Part shown: positions 26,858 through 35,961 of the stretch, piece by piece
Position numbering within the stretch: the stretch's first letter is position 1
Layout: every line of letters begins with the position of its first letter
Origin: Cyanobacteria bacterium P01_G01_bin.38
Lineage (GTDB): Bacteria > Cyanobacteriota > Cyanobacteriia > Phormidesmidales > Phormidesmidaceae
Direction: 5' to 3'
Length of the DNA stretch: 57,044 nt
Assembly (NCBI GenBank): GCA_039180385.1
Contig: JBCDDJ010000001.1
Span: 1-57,044 of the forward strand
Notes under the pieces: model-generated
What the model saw: only the letters and a program-made list of their open reading frames with translations
What the model was told of the DNA's origin: nothing
Databases searched by the model: none
Translations under genes and position numbers: made by a program

Positions 26858-28507
26858 TTACTCACCCATCGCTATACCTGACGTGCGATCTCGCTGCCGG
26901 TTATGCAGAGGTGTCACCGTCGCAGGCTGTGACAGCTTCAAATCTTGACTCAGCTCCCGGTCAATAAACCGAAAGTAGGCAATATCTCTCGGGCCAAGAT
27001 TGGACTGGATTTTGCCATTGTCGATATTGAGGATTTCCCCATCGTGAGCTGACTGAATTTTCAAGCTGTTGGGTGTCTCCTCAATACGGTACTGGCTGCC
27101 TCCTTGGAATACCCGCTTTCCTTGAAGATTGGGGCGACTGCCAGTGACATCCAGCAGCTTTCGAGCGGTTTTGGCCAGAGTCAATGCTGTCAGGTCTCGG
27201 GTGAGGCCAGCATCCCCTGCGGGTGAGAGATTGCCTAACTGCCTGACTCGCATCGGTGGTTCCGAAGAAATTCCCTCTAGCCCATTAATCTGAATCTGCT
27301 GACGGGCTTGCATGAAGTCATTTTCTTGAGAGGCAACCATATCATTCTTGACAATGCTCAGCCCCCAGCGTGTCTTACGAAACATCATCAGATCGGTCCC
27401 CTCTCGATCCGAGATCGTGACCATGCGCCCTCTAAAACTAAGGGTATATTTCTCAGACTGGTAAAGCCCTTTGCCACGGCTCTCTGAAACGCCATATTTT
27501 TGCAGCAAGTTCATTGCGGTGGTTGCAATCTGACGGCTGCGAATATTAGCGGCAACAGCTACAATTCGATTTGCCAAATGCTGCGAAGAGCGCTGCATGA
27601 CACGAGTCGTCTGCTGCATCCATTTGCGAGCAGCCTGATCTGCGACCTGATAGTTTTGGCGTTCCAGGACATCGAGAATAGAGACAACTTTCTGGGGTTG
27701 GCTCAGGGCAGATGGGGTTTGAGCAGGTTGGCTGGGTGCAGATGGAGGTTGGACGAACTGGGGTGATTGTTCCGCCGGTTGAGAAGCTGCCTTCGATTCC
27801 AAAACAGGCTCTGGTTTTACTTTCGACTCCAAAGCGGCCTTTACAACTGGTGGAGCGACGATAGGGACTTCCGGCTCAGCCAAAACTTGAGGTTTAGAGT
27901 CTTGGGAGGCGGATGCTCTAGAAGGTATTTCAGTATCAGCCGTGACCTGAGATTCAGAGTCTTGAGGCACAGGATCTCTAGAAGGTGTTTCAACAGATTT
28001 AGCTTGAGCTTCCAAAGGTTGGCTAACCTGCTCTGGGTGAAGACGATTGGTCTCAACGGCCCCTTTGCTCATACGATAAACCAGCTCATCGCCTGCTTTA
28101 ATGTTGATGGTGCCTTTGACATCCGTTGTCGGTTCTGAATCCGACTGCTGAGGTGCATCCACAGCCGTTTGCAGCAGCTTCAGCTTATTGGGATTAAGCT
28201 TGTTGATAGGTTTCTTATCGGCATAGCCGTCTCGGTAGACAATCTCTCGCCCCATCTTGATTTCAATAGGTTCTGGTTGTTCCATCGGCAGGTCAACCTC
28301 GGTGTCTGATAGTTCAGCTGCGGATTCTTCTTGTTTTTCTTGCTGACGAATCGCTCGGATGCGATCCCGCAGCATCTGAATAAAGGCTTGAATCGCCTCC
28401 GCTGTTGACTGAGCAGTCGCCACGGTCATTTCACTTGAAGCCAGCGTGGTGTGAGCATAGTCCTGCTCAATTTGTTTGGCTTCGCCAGGATTTACGGTTG
28501 CTTGCAT
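26858..28507 (-). CDS. hypothetical conjugation-associated protein (549 aa) with a Pro/Gln/Ser-rich centre
   Basis: No catalytic motif recognised. Central tandem repeat (TPSRDPVPQDSESQVTAD / IPSRASASQDSKPQVLAE). The C-terminal module is shared with the Prim-Pol and methylase-helicase proteins. It lies between the T4CP and the methylase-helicase. Confidence 0.5.
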   Translation of the reverse strand: MQATVNPGEAKQIEQDYAHTTLASSEMTVATAQSTAEAIQAFIQMLRDRIRAIRQQEKQEESAAELSDTEVDLPMEQPEPIEIKMGREIVYRDGYADKKPINKLNPNKLKLLQTAVDAPQQSDSEPTTDVKGTINIKAGDELVYRMSKGAVETNRLHPEQVSQPLEAQAKSVETPSRDPVPQDSESQVTADTEIPSRASASQDSKPQVLAEPEVPIVAPPVVKAALESKVKPEPVLESKAASQPAEQSPQFVQPPSAPSQPAQTPSALSQPQKVVSILDVLERQNYQVADQAARKWMQQTTRVMQRSSQHLANRIVAVAANIRSRQIATTAMNLLQKYGVSESRGKGLYQSEKYTLSFRGRMVTISDREGTDLMMFRKTRWGLSIVKNDMVASQENDFMQARQQIQINGLEGISSEPPMRVRQLGNLSPAGDAGLTRDLTALTLAKTARKLLDVTGSRPNLQGKRVFQGGSQYRIEETPNSLKIQSAHDGEILNIDNGKIQSNLGPRDIAYFRFIDRELSQDLKLSQPATVTPLHNRQRDRTSGIAMGE

Positions 28508-28893
28508 AGCTCCTCCTTGAGAGATTCCAAAACATCAATATCTAGCAGAGGCATGGCTTGAATACGATTGATTACGGTCATGCCCTGGATTGAGAAGAAA
28601 GCGGTTTCATTGTCGATGACCCACTCTATGAGATCGGGTTGGTAGTCGGATGAGATCGCAGGTAGCTGCTGCTGTATCTGCCCGTCTTTCCACAGCACCA
28701 CTGTCACATCATCAAATAGCACTTCGATCTCACGAGGCACATACTCTGCTGAGAACGGCGGCTGGTTGAGAACTGGTACCAACTCAGCCGCGATCTGGGG
28801 ATATAGCAGCAAAGCTGCTACAGTTTTAGCCGGTAGTTTATTTCTCAGAGTCTGAGATAGAAACTGTTCAGGGGCTTGAATAGAAACACTCAT
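28492..28893 (-). CDS. hypothetical protein (133 aa), T4SS/transfer operon
   Basis: ORF in operon context. Overlaps the downstream gene by 16 nt. No motif recognised. Confidence 0.45.
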   Translation of the reverse strand: MSVSIQAPEQFLSQTLRNKLPAKTVAALLLYPQIAAELVPVLNQPPFSAEYVPREIEVLFDDVTVVLWKDGQIQQQLPAISSDYQPDLIEWVIDNETAFFSIQGMTVINRIQAMPLLDIDVLESLKEELCKQP

Positions 28894-28904
28894 GGGAGAC
28901 TCTC

Positions 28905-30638
28905 CTAAAGTAAGCTGCTGTATTTGTCGATCAGGCCGGTTGGGTCAGGATAGGGAGAATTAACCGGCATTTGTGGCTCCGGCAACATGGCTTCAACCAT
29001 CTGCCGCCGCTTTTCTAAATCTTCAGTCGTAGGAATTCGCTGGGGGCTACGCTGCACCAGTCGAGCATGAATTTTGTCCCATAGCACTTTACTTGCCTCA
29101 CTGGTCTGGATATCTGCTTTGGGAATTTTGATAGCCTGCTGAATCGGGATAGCGGCTTCACCCCCTGATGTGAAGCCAGGATTGATCAGAACACACTTGC
29201 CCGGCGGCAATCGTAGAAACTGACTGGGCTCAAACAGCTTGCGCGTCCGATCCTGTTCAGAAATTGTAGTGCTGGTTTTACTACCCCCTCGATTTCGAGA
29301 TTTTTGTTTATATTGAATTTCCTCATCTCCTAGAAAATCAGAGAACATCCGAGCCGCCTCATATTCCTGTGGATTGAAGATAGCTTTGGTTGCGCAGGCT
29401 CCCAGGATGGCGCGGGCGAGTTCTCGGCCATAGGTTTTCTCTAGCTGCACCAGGTTCTGAAAACCGAGGGTGACGGCTAATCCATCTTCTCGGTTTTCAT
29501 TAAGCCACTGCACCAGCGTAGGCAGATAGAGCGTAGGCAGTTCATCGATAGCAACAATCAGAGGATCTTTCCGTCGCCGTGCAACATTACGAGTCACAAT
29601 CATGTGCAGTACGGTAGCCACCAACGGCCCTACCACATCTCGCCGTTCCCGATCCATCCCAAAAATCAGCAGCTGCTTGCCTTCAAGATCCAAGGGAATA
29701 GAAGTTCGACCACAAAAAGCGCCCAGCACGCCTGCTTTCATAAAGCGAGTAAACGTCTCACTGGCGCTGCCCACGATGCCGCTGGCAGTTTTTTCAGCAT
29801 CCTTGACCCCAATCAGTTGCGTAAACGAGACCCGAATCCACTTGTTCAAATGCTCAGCAGCGGCAACTCGATTGCCTAGATTGGTAAGCCCTAGCACCGC
29901 CTGAGCCGTCATGATGTCAGGATATTGCGTAGACCTGGCCAGCATCAACAGCGCCTCTGTCAGCTGATCGCCTGCAGCTGCGAAGAAGCCATCTTCTGTA
30001 CTCTGGGTCATCAGGCGAAAGTTTTTGTTCAGAACAGTCGCAATTTGTCGAGCCATTTCCGCATCCGATTCGTCACGGAGAAAGTCAATTGGGTTGCAGA
30101 CGTCCGACTCGGGGAAGCCAGGTGCAAAGACGCGCACCTCATAGCCAAGCTTGGCAGCATAGGCAGCGTGACGAGCGCTCTGGGTTGGATATTTGAAGTC
30201 ATACAGGGCAATTGGCAAACCCTGATCCAGAGCAGAGCGAATCAGTGGATCGATGATGCTGAAGGTTTTCCCAGAGCCGGGACCACCGCAAACCGCAGCG
30301 CCTCGCTGAAGGTCTGGCAGGTAAAGCGATTTGGCATCCTTCTCACGAGTCGGCTTGCCAATGTAGAGCGAAACCGCATTTCGTTTGCGTGCCTTCAGCT
30401 GGTTGAGTGCGCGTTTCCGGGCAGCTGATTTTTCTTTTCCACCCCCGAAGCGACTGGTGGCGAGCTTCCCTTTCTTCCGCTTTCCCAGTAGAGAGAATCC
30501 TGCAATCAAGATAACGCAACCTAGTAGCACCAAACCATTCTTCGACTGGAGTGAAGAGAACAGCTGAGACAGGGACTGGGTTGAAGCCGTGTCTACTTGA
30601 CCGAGCGTGGAAGGGCGTTCTATGTAATAGCGCATCAT
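28905..30638 (-). CDS. virD4: type IV secretion coupling protein (VirD4/TraG/TraD family)
   Basis: N-terminal TM helix (LVLLGCVILIAGFSLL), Walker A CGGPGSGKTF, Walker B PLIVAIDELPTLY. 577 aa, the typical size. Confidence 0.8.
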   Translation of the reverse strand: MMRYYIERPSTLGQVDTASTQSLSQLFSSLQSKNGLVLLGCVILIAGFSLLGKRKKGKLATSRFGGGKEKSAARKRALNQLKARKRNAVSLYIGKPTREKDAKSLYLPDLQRGAAVCGGPGSGKTFSIIDPLIRSALDQGLPIALYDFKYPTQSARHAAYAAKLGYEVRVFAPGFPESDVCNPIDFLRDESDAEMARQIATVLNKNFRLMTQSTEDGFFAAAGDQLTEALLMLARSTQYPDIMTAQAVLGLTNLGNRVAAAEHLNKWIRVSFTQLIGVKDAEKTASGIVGSASETFTRFMKAGVLGAFCGRTSIPLDLEGKQLLIFGMDRERRDVVGPLVATVLHMIVTRNVARRRKDPLIVAIDELPTLYLPTLVQWLNENREDGLAVTLGFQNLVQLEKTYGRELARAILGACATKAIFNPQEYEAARMFSDFLGDEEIQYKQKSRNRGGSKTSTTISEQDRTRKLFEPSQFLRLPPGKCVLINPGFTSGGEAAIPIQQAIKIPKADIQTSEASKVLWDKIHARLVQRSPQRIPTTEDLEKRRQMVEAMLPEPQMPVNSPYPDPTGLIDKYSSLL

Positions 30639-30649
30639 CGGTCTTCTCC

Positions 30650-31198
30650 TCAGAAAAGCACTTCGTAACTGTCGGGTGGCAGCTCAATTCCTAGCTGCTC
30701 CAATGCCCAAACGTATTCCTGAGGAAATACGCTGAGAGTCCCTTCAGACGTAGAGGCAAGATATTCGTTTAGCTGTTGCTGATAAGCCTCTCGCCCACCC
30801 TGTTCGCGTAGAACACGAGTATAGCGTTGCAGTGCCAAGTCTCTGGCAACATTAAGCGAGATATAGTGGCTGAGAACTGGGTCATCCTCGGGCAGCACAG
30901 ATCGACAGTGATCTCGGAAGTTGACGTAAATCAGGACTTCTAGATAACCACCTGTGTTATCCAAAAATTCATTTCCCTCCCAGGCTGTTCCGATCAGGTA
31001 GTAACGACCGTCCATATTTTCAACCGAGCCCCAAAGCTTTGTTGTTTGGGTGGACTCGGGTAAACAAACATAAACCTCATCGGGGATATGATCTGAGACT
31101 TGAGCCAGACTGAAGCTAACCAAACCGATTAGCCCAATCAGCCCAACAAAAATGCCTATCAGAATAGTGAAAATGGAGCGACTGCGTCTCATGAGCAA
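30650..31198 (-). CDS. hypothetical membrane-anchored or secreted protein, T4SS operon
   Basis: N-terminal hydrophobic helix IFTILIGIFVGLIGLIGLVSFSLA. No other motif. Confidence 0.45.
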   Translation of the reverse strand: MLMRRSRSIFTILIGIFVGLIGLIGLVSFSLAQVSDHIPDEVYVCLPESTQTTKLWGSVENMDGRYYLIGTAWEGNEFLDNTGGYLEVLIYVNFRDHCRSVLPEDDPVLSHYISLNVARDLALQRYTRVLREQGGREAYQQQLNEYLASTSEGTLSVFPQEYVWALEQLGIELPPDSYEVLF

Positions 31199-31202
31199 AC
31201 CT

Positions 31203-32933
31203 CTAGCGAAGGTAGTCGATGGGGTTTTGAGGTTGACCGTTCTGACGAACCTCGAAATGTAGGTGGGGACCAGTCGAGTAGCCAGAACTGTCGGCTCGAC
31301 CTATCGGATCGCCCTGGGCAATGATGTCGCCTGCTTGAACAAAGAAACCTTGCAGATGGGCATAGTAGGTCTCGTAGCCATTGCCGTGATCGACGATGAC
31401 CAGCCTGCCATAGCCCGTTGTGAGAGAACCGCTGACATCGGCGAAGGTAACCTCTCCACCATCGGCAGCTTGAACAACGGTGCCAGTGGGGGTGCCCAAA
31501 TCAACGCCTGCATGGAGACGGCGATCGCCATGAACTGGATGAGTTCGATAGCCAAAACCACTGGTGACGGAATATCCAGGTGCTGGGTTATCAAACTCTC
31601 CTGTTGCGACACCAACTTCTCCTGGGCTTCTTTCTACTGGAGTCGGCATTGGGCTAGGTTCACCCGTTTGTGGATCAATCCCCTTTGCGGAGGCGACTTC
31701 AGCCGAGGCCGTAGAGGAAAGCCCCTCCTTGACCTGTCCGAGAAACATCATGCCTTCTTCCTGCACGGGTAGCCAGGGGATTGGGCCAATAAAGTACGGC
31801 GTGCAGCCCAGGTCTACAAAGGCACTGCTGACACACATCCGAAAATAAAGGCCAGTTTCGGCAATACCTGTAGCTTCATCAGTTTCTAAGACAACCACTT
31901 TGAAGGCATTGCCGAAAGGATGTCTCCCAGTTGGTTCCAGGCCACCATTGACGCTCGCTAAGACACCCTTTCCACCGCGCACCTGCTGATATTTTCCAGA
32001 AATCCATTGAGTACCTTCTACCAGCTGCGGTTGCCCCATTTCCAGGTGAGCACACTCAGCGTCACAGGGAACATTGAAGCCTTCCACGTAGCTGCCGCTG
32101 ATAGTATTATTCCGATCACCTTCTGCTGTACCAAACACAACATCTACCATGCCGACCATTACACCCAGTTCCGCAATGGGGTTGGGGAAGTCAGCAAAGG
32201 GGACATCTGCCAAGCCGGGAATGTCTTCGATGACAGTTTGCTGCCAATTCTGAAAGTTTTCTAAGGGCACATCTTGGATGCCGGGAATAGAGGGCAGGTC
32301 ATATTGCTCTAGGTTCAGTTCGCTCAAACTAAGATCGGCGATGGCCTGCTCTTGAATCACCTCAGCAAGGGTGTCCTGAGGACTCGCGACTCCAGTGAGC
32401 AAGTCGGCGATGGGCTCAATCTCTTGAAGCTGACGATTAGCCAGATCGGGGATTGCGTCAATCAGATTGCCGATTGTCTGCCAGCCAACAAGAGCCAAAT
32501 CTGCTAAACGTAATGTATCTATATCCAAACCTGCAAGAGCAGCGATCTCATAAAGAGAGAATTGCTGAAGTTGAAAGCTGTCTTGGAAATCTCCTAGAAA
32601 CATATACTGGTCAGCAGTTTGACCCATCTCCCAATCACGAGAGGGATCATAGCCAAGCTCCCGAATGAGATCGGTCGGCACTTGGAATGAACCAGCTTCC
32701 AGAATGGCAGGCAGTGTGCGAAGCGTAATTTGTGCCCAGTCGGGTTTAGTGCCCATCATCTGATCTTCAATGACGGGTACAGGAGACCCTGGCTGCCAGC
32801 TAGAAAGAACAGGGCGAGCAGTCAGGCTATGAATGCTCATGACGAGCGCCAGAACAATGGGGACTAAAATTGGCAACAGTTTTGGCAATGGCTGCCGCCT
32901 TCGTACGAAATAATGTCTATTCATGGTCTTCAC
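31203..32933 (-). CDS. M23 family metallopeptidase (T4SS-associated peptidoglycan hydrolase)
   Basis: C-terminal HAGVDLGTPTGTVV...GYGRLVIVDHGNGYETYYAHL...GPHLHFEV (H.H and HxxxD-type M23 signature). N-terminal signal/TM. Confidence 0.85.
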   Translation of the reverse strand: MKTMNRHYFVRRRQPLPKLLPILVPIVLALVMSIHSLTARPVLSSWQPGSPVPVIEDQMMGTKPDWAQITLRTLPAILEAGSFQVPTDLIRELGYDPSRDWEMGQTADQYMFLGDFQDSFQLQQFSLYEIAALAGLDIDTLRLADLALVGWQTIGNLIDAIPDLANRQLQEIEPIADLLTGVASPQDTLAEVIQEQAIADLSLSELNLEQYDLPSIPGIQDVPLENFQNWQQTVIEDIPGLADVPFADFPNPIAELGVMVGMVDVVFGTAEGDRNNTISGSYVEGFNVPCDAECAHLEMGQPQLVEGTQWISGKYQQVRGGKGVLASVNGGLEPTGRHPFGNAFKVVVLETDEATGIAETGLYFRMCVSSAFVDLGCTPYFIGPIPWLPVQEEGMMFLGQVKEGLSSTASAEVASAKGIDPQTGEPSPMPTPVERSPGEVGVATGEFDNPAPGYSVTSGFGYRTHPVHGDRRLHAGVDLGTPTGTVVQAADGGEVTFADVSGSLTTGYGRLVIVDHGNGYETYYAHLQGFFVQAGDIIAQGDPIGRADSSGYSTGPHLHFEVRQNGQPQNPIDYLR

Positions 32934-33675
32934 CTGTATTGAGAGGTGGACGATTGAAAGTTTCTAAAAGAGGATTATCTCTGGCTTGCTTCCCCCACTC
33001 GGCTAGCTGAGCAATTAGGTCGAGGGAGACACCGGCTTGTTCTGCCGCTGTTGTAATGTCTGTACCAGCCCGTGCCAGTGAGAGAAACGTTTGTAGCCGA
33101 TTCCATAAATCTTGTTCTCTGTGGATTAATTCTCTAGATTCAGCAATCCGAATGCCCTCTTCTACATCTATCAGACCTAGCAGGGGATGGATCGGGCTAG
33201 CCGGATTGATAGCAACGGTGTGGTAGTTTGGCGTACCAGTGGCTAGCTCAATGCGAAATTCGTAGAGGTGCTGTTCGCCATCTGTCGTTTCTGTAATCAC
33301 TGTTAGCAGCGTGCCTTCAGCTTGAGGCAGATTCTCAAAATTGAGTCCTTGGATCCGACGCAGATGGATTACTGAGGGGTTGCCCGCTTCACAGTCAGTT
33401 TCCACTGCTGTTGGACAAAGTGGTTCATCAAAATCCAGAGCGACTCGACTGGGGTCGTCAATCCAAACCCGGACAATCGTTTCGTCAGTAGGTAGAAAAC
33501 TGAGATTGGTGCCGTATCCAGGCCAAACGCTGACCACTGGCGATGCGCTACCAGTCAACCCCTGGGCATGATCCGCTGAAATTGGGTACACCGACTGCGC
33601 TTGTGCTGGTTGCACAGACACTCCAGTCCAGCAAATTACACCACTGATAACCAAAGGAACCCATTGACTTTTCAT
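32917..33675 (-). CDS. secreted T4SS-operon protein (VirB9-like by position only)
   Basis: Signal peptide MKSQWVPLVISGVICWTGVSVQPAQAQ. 4-nt overlap with the upstream gene. No sequence-level family call. Confidence 0.35.
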   Translation of the reverse strand: MKSQWVPLVISGVICWTGVSVQPAQAQSVYPISADHAQGLTGSASPVVSVWPGYGTNLSFLPTDETIVRVWIDDPSRVALDFDEPLCPTAVETDCEAGNPSVIHLRRIQGLNFENLPQAEGTLLTVITETTDGEQHLYEFRIELATGTPNYHTVAINPASPIHPLLGLIDVEEGIRIAESRELIHREQDLWNRLQTFLSLARAGTDITTAAEQAGVSLDLIAQLAEWGKQARDNPLLETFNRPPLNTGEDHE

Positions 33676-35204
33676 AGCGCTACCGTCCGATTGATAAACA
33701 CTTCGATTTCAGTCCCCGGTGAGAGATACCAAATCGTGGGTCGATCCTGACTTTCTTCGAGAGCAGCTTGATTTCGCTCGGTCATGCGCTCTGTTAGCTC
33801 GCCAAAAGCGCCCTCCAGAACCCCGGCTAGGATATCGGAGTCACCGTTTTCTTGAGTCACAACGCTACCTCCAGTATTGGTGACGACCGAAGATGACTCG
33901 GGCGCGTTAATCAGCTCAGCAGCTCTGGCGACACCGGCAATCAAGGCGCTGTTGAGATCTCGACCAAACGTAGATGAACCGCGATCATCATATTCTTCAG
34001 CGATCAACGGAGTTCCGTTCTCTCCTCTGAATTGAATAGTGTTTTCTGGTAAGGGAATTTCCTGACCTTCCTGAATTATCGAGACTACAGCCAGTCGAGC
34101 GAGACCACTCTCATCTACTGACTGCACCTGAGCAACCAGTTGAGCATCAGTTGGCAAACCGACCTCTTCATCCGGAGACAGCAAAGGTTCTGTCAGCTGC
34201 ACCACAAATTGGAGACTATCTTCTGCTGTTGCCTCGGCCCAAATTAGGGGCGTCACCAGCACGGCAGCAGCTTGGGTGCCGGTCATCAGCGTCGGCGCAT
34301 GGATGGGTTCTTCATCAAGAATGGCCGCTTCCTCGGCACGATTGATGGCTGGCGCTGAGGATGTTTTAACACTAGCCTGCTCGATGGTGGGTGCTGATGA
34401 AGTGTCTGCCTGTGCTAGCTGTACCGGATCTTCTGAAAGAGTATCTTCTCTTGGTGGGATAGGTGTATTGTTTCCTGTAGAATCACCCGTCACTGGACGG
34501 CCATAGCTACCAATATGGGATAGCGCCATCCACCGCTCCATCGGGTCTACTTCTGGTTCAATTGGCGCAGGCTGTGCTTGAGGAGCCGGTGCAGCTGGCG
34601 TCATCCTGGGCACCGGAGATGACACTCGTGGAACCGGTGCAGCCCGCTGTGCTACTGGCTGAACAGGGCGTGGTGCTGGCGATGGAGCAGGTGAAAACTG
34701 GGGGGTCTCAGCTTCGTCAGCAGGCTCTGGCTGTGGTGGTTCAGCCTCTTCTGAGAGAGCTTCGAGTTCGGCTTGCTGGTTTCCCAGAGCCAAATCGGTC
34801 AATAATTCACCCCGGTCATCCCTAGCCGAATCTTCATCAGACTCAACCATCGGATCTGGAAAATCTGCCTGGGGTTCTTCCGCTGTTTTAGGATCTCCCC
34901 CATTCATGACGCTGTTCGTAAATACCGCCAGTACACCGATGACTAATCCAGTGCCTGCGGCGACTACTCCCAGCTTGGTAAAGGGGTTAGCGGCTAGAGA
35001 TAGCCTTCTCTTAGGACTGGCTCCAGCTGCTGGAGTATCTTCTAGATCTTCTGGATCGAGGAGAGGCTCGGGTGGATGGGAAGACTCATTATCGGTAGCA
35101 GCAGAGACAGGCTCCTGATCAGGATTCTCGCTCGACTCCGATAGCTGAAGCCCAACCAAATCAGCCATTCCCTGCTCATCCCAGAGATTTTCTTGCGAAT
35201 TCAT
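33672..35204 (-). CDS. VirB10/TrbI-like T4SS protein
   Basis: Acidic N-terminus, single TM (LGVVAAGTGLVIGVLAVF), long Pro-rich linker, and a C-terminal beta-rich domain ending ...PTIWYLSPGTEIEVFINRTV, as in VirB10/TrbI. Assignment by architecture and position. Confidence 0.45.
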   Translation of the reverse strand: MNSQENLWDEQGMADLVGLQLSESSENPDQEPVSAATDNESSHPPEPLLDPEDLEDTPAAGASPKRRLSLAANPFTKLGVVAAGTGLVIGVLAVFTNSVMNGGDPKTAEEPQADFPDPMVESDEDSARDDRGELLTDLALGNQQAELEALSEEAEPPQPEPADEAETPQFSPAPSPAPRPVQPVAQRAAPVPRVSSPVPRMTPAAPAPQAQPAPIEPEVDPMERWMALSHIGSYGRPVTGDSTGNNTPIPPREDTLSEDPVQLAQADTSSAPTIEQASVKTSSAPAINRAEEAAILDEEPIHAPTLMTGTQAAAVLVTPLIWAEATAEDSLQFVVQLTEPLLSPDEEVGLPTDAQLVAQVQSVDESGLARLAVVSIIQEGQEIPLPENTIQFRGENGTPLIAEEYDDRGSSTFGRDLNSALIAGVARAAELINAPESSSVVTNTGGSVVTQENGDSDILAGVLEGAFGELTERMTERNQAALEESQDRPTIWYLSPGTEIEVFINRTVAL

Positions 35205-35938
35205 TTCAGCTCCTCCCGTTCAAGCTCACGGATGGCGTAGATTTGCAAGCCCGCCTGACGGATGCTGTAGATAGCTTCCTCTAGGGCAGTCTTACCAGCA
35301 GGAACCGCCGGAGCCGTGACTGCTTCGACAAAGACTTCTCGGTTAAACGGGATAGCTTCACCCAGAGCATTGGCCTCATTGAAAACATACAAATGGGAGA
35401 CCATATCGACCTTCCAGCGTCCCTCGCCTGCTATCTCAGGTTCTGAGACATGATTGACGACGATGATGACCTGGGTACCTCCTGCAAAAACGTCTGGTGG
35501 GGTAAGTTCTGCTACCCGTTGGAGAAATTCTTGGCGAAAATCCTCTGAGAAAGCAAAGCTAGCCTGCCAACTGGCAGTCGCTACTTTTCGTTTGCCCTGC
35601 TCCACTTCGACTGGTAATCCTGGATCAGTTTTGGGCTGACTGGCTTCCTCAGCAGTCGTTGCTGGTAAACTGCCGCTCCAGTTAAACATCAGCACAAGCG
35701 TGTCATTGACAAAGCGGCGAATAGTTTCGGGTGAGCGATCTTTTGACCCCATCGCCGACACTCGAATGGCCTCACCATCCTGCATTTGCACCAGCGTAGG
35801 CGGTGGCTGACGGCTGAGGCGACTGAGAGCACCGGCTTGGAGAAATAAGATCACCAGGATGAGTAGTTGCAGCCCGACACTGCCTAGAACAAACAGCGGC
35901 ATATAGTGGGTATTGCGCTTCTCGATGAGCTGCACCAT
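35201..35938 (-). CDS. VirB8-like bitopic T4SS protein (by size, topology and position)
   Basis: 245 aa with an N-terminal TM (MPLFVLGSVGLQLLILVILFL) and a periplasmic globular part. ATGA overlap with the next gene. Confidence 0.3.
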   Translation of the reverse strand: MVQLIEKRNTHYMPLFVLGSVGLQLLILVILFLQAGALSRLSRQPPPTLVQMQDGEAIRVSAMGSKDRSPETIRRFVNDTLVLMFNWSGSLPATTAEEASQPKTDPGLPVEVEQGKRKVATASWQASFAFSEDFRQEFLQRVAELTPPDVFAGGTQVIIVVNHVSEPEIAGEGRWKVDMVSHLYVFNEANALGEAIPFNREVFVEAVTAPAVPAGKTALEEAIYSIRQAGLQIYAIRELEREELK

Positions 35939-35961
35939 GAGAGTTCTCCTGTTGAATAAAT

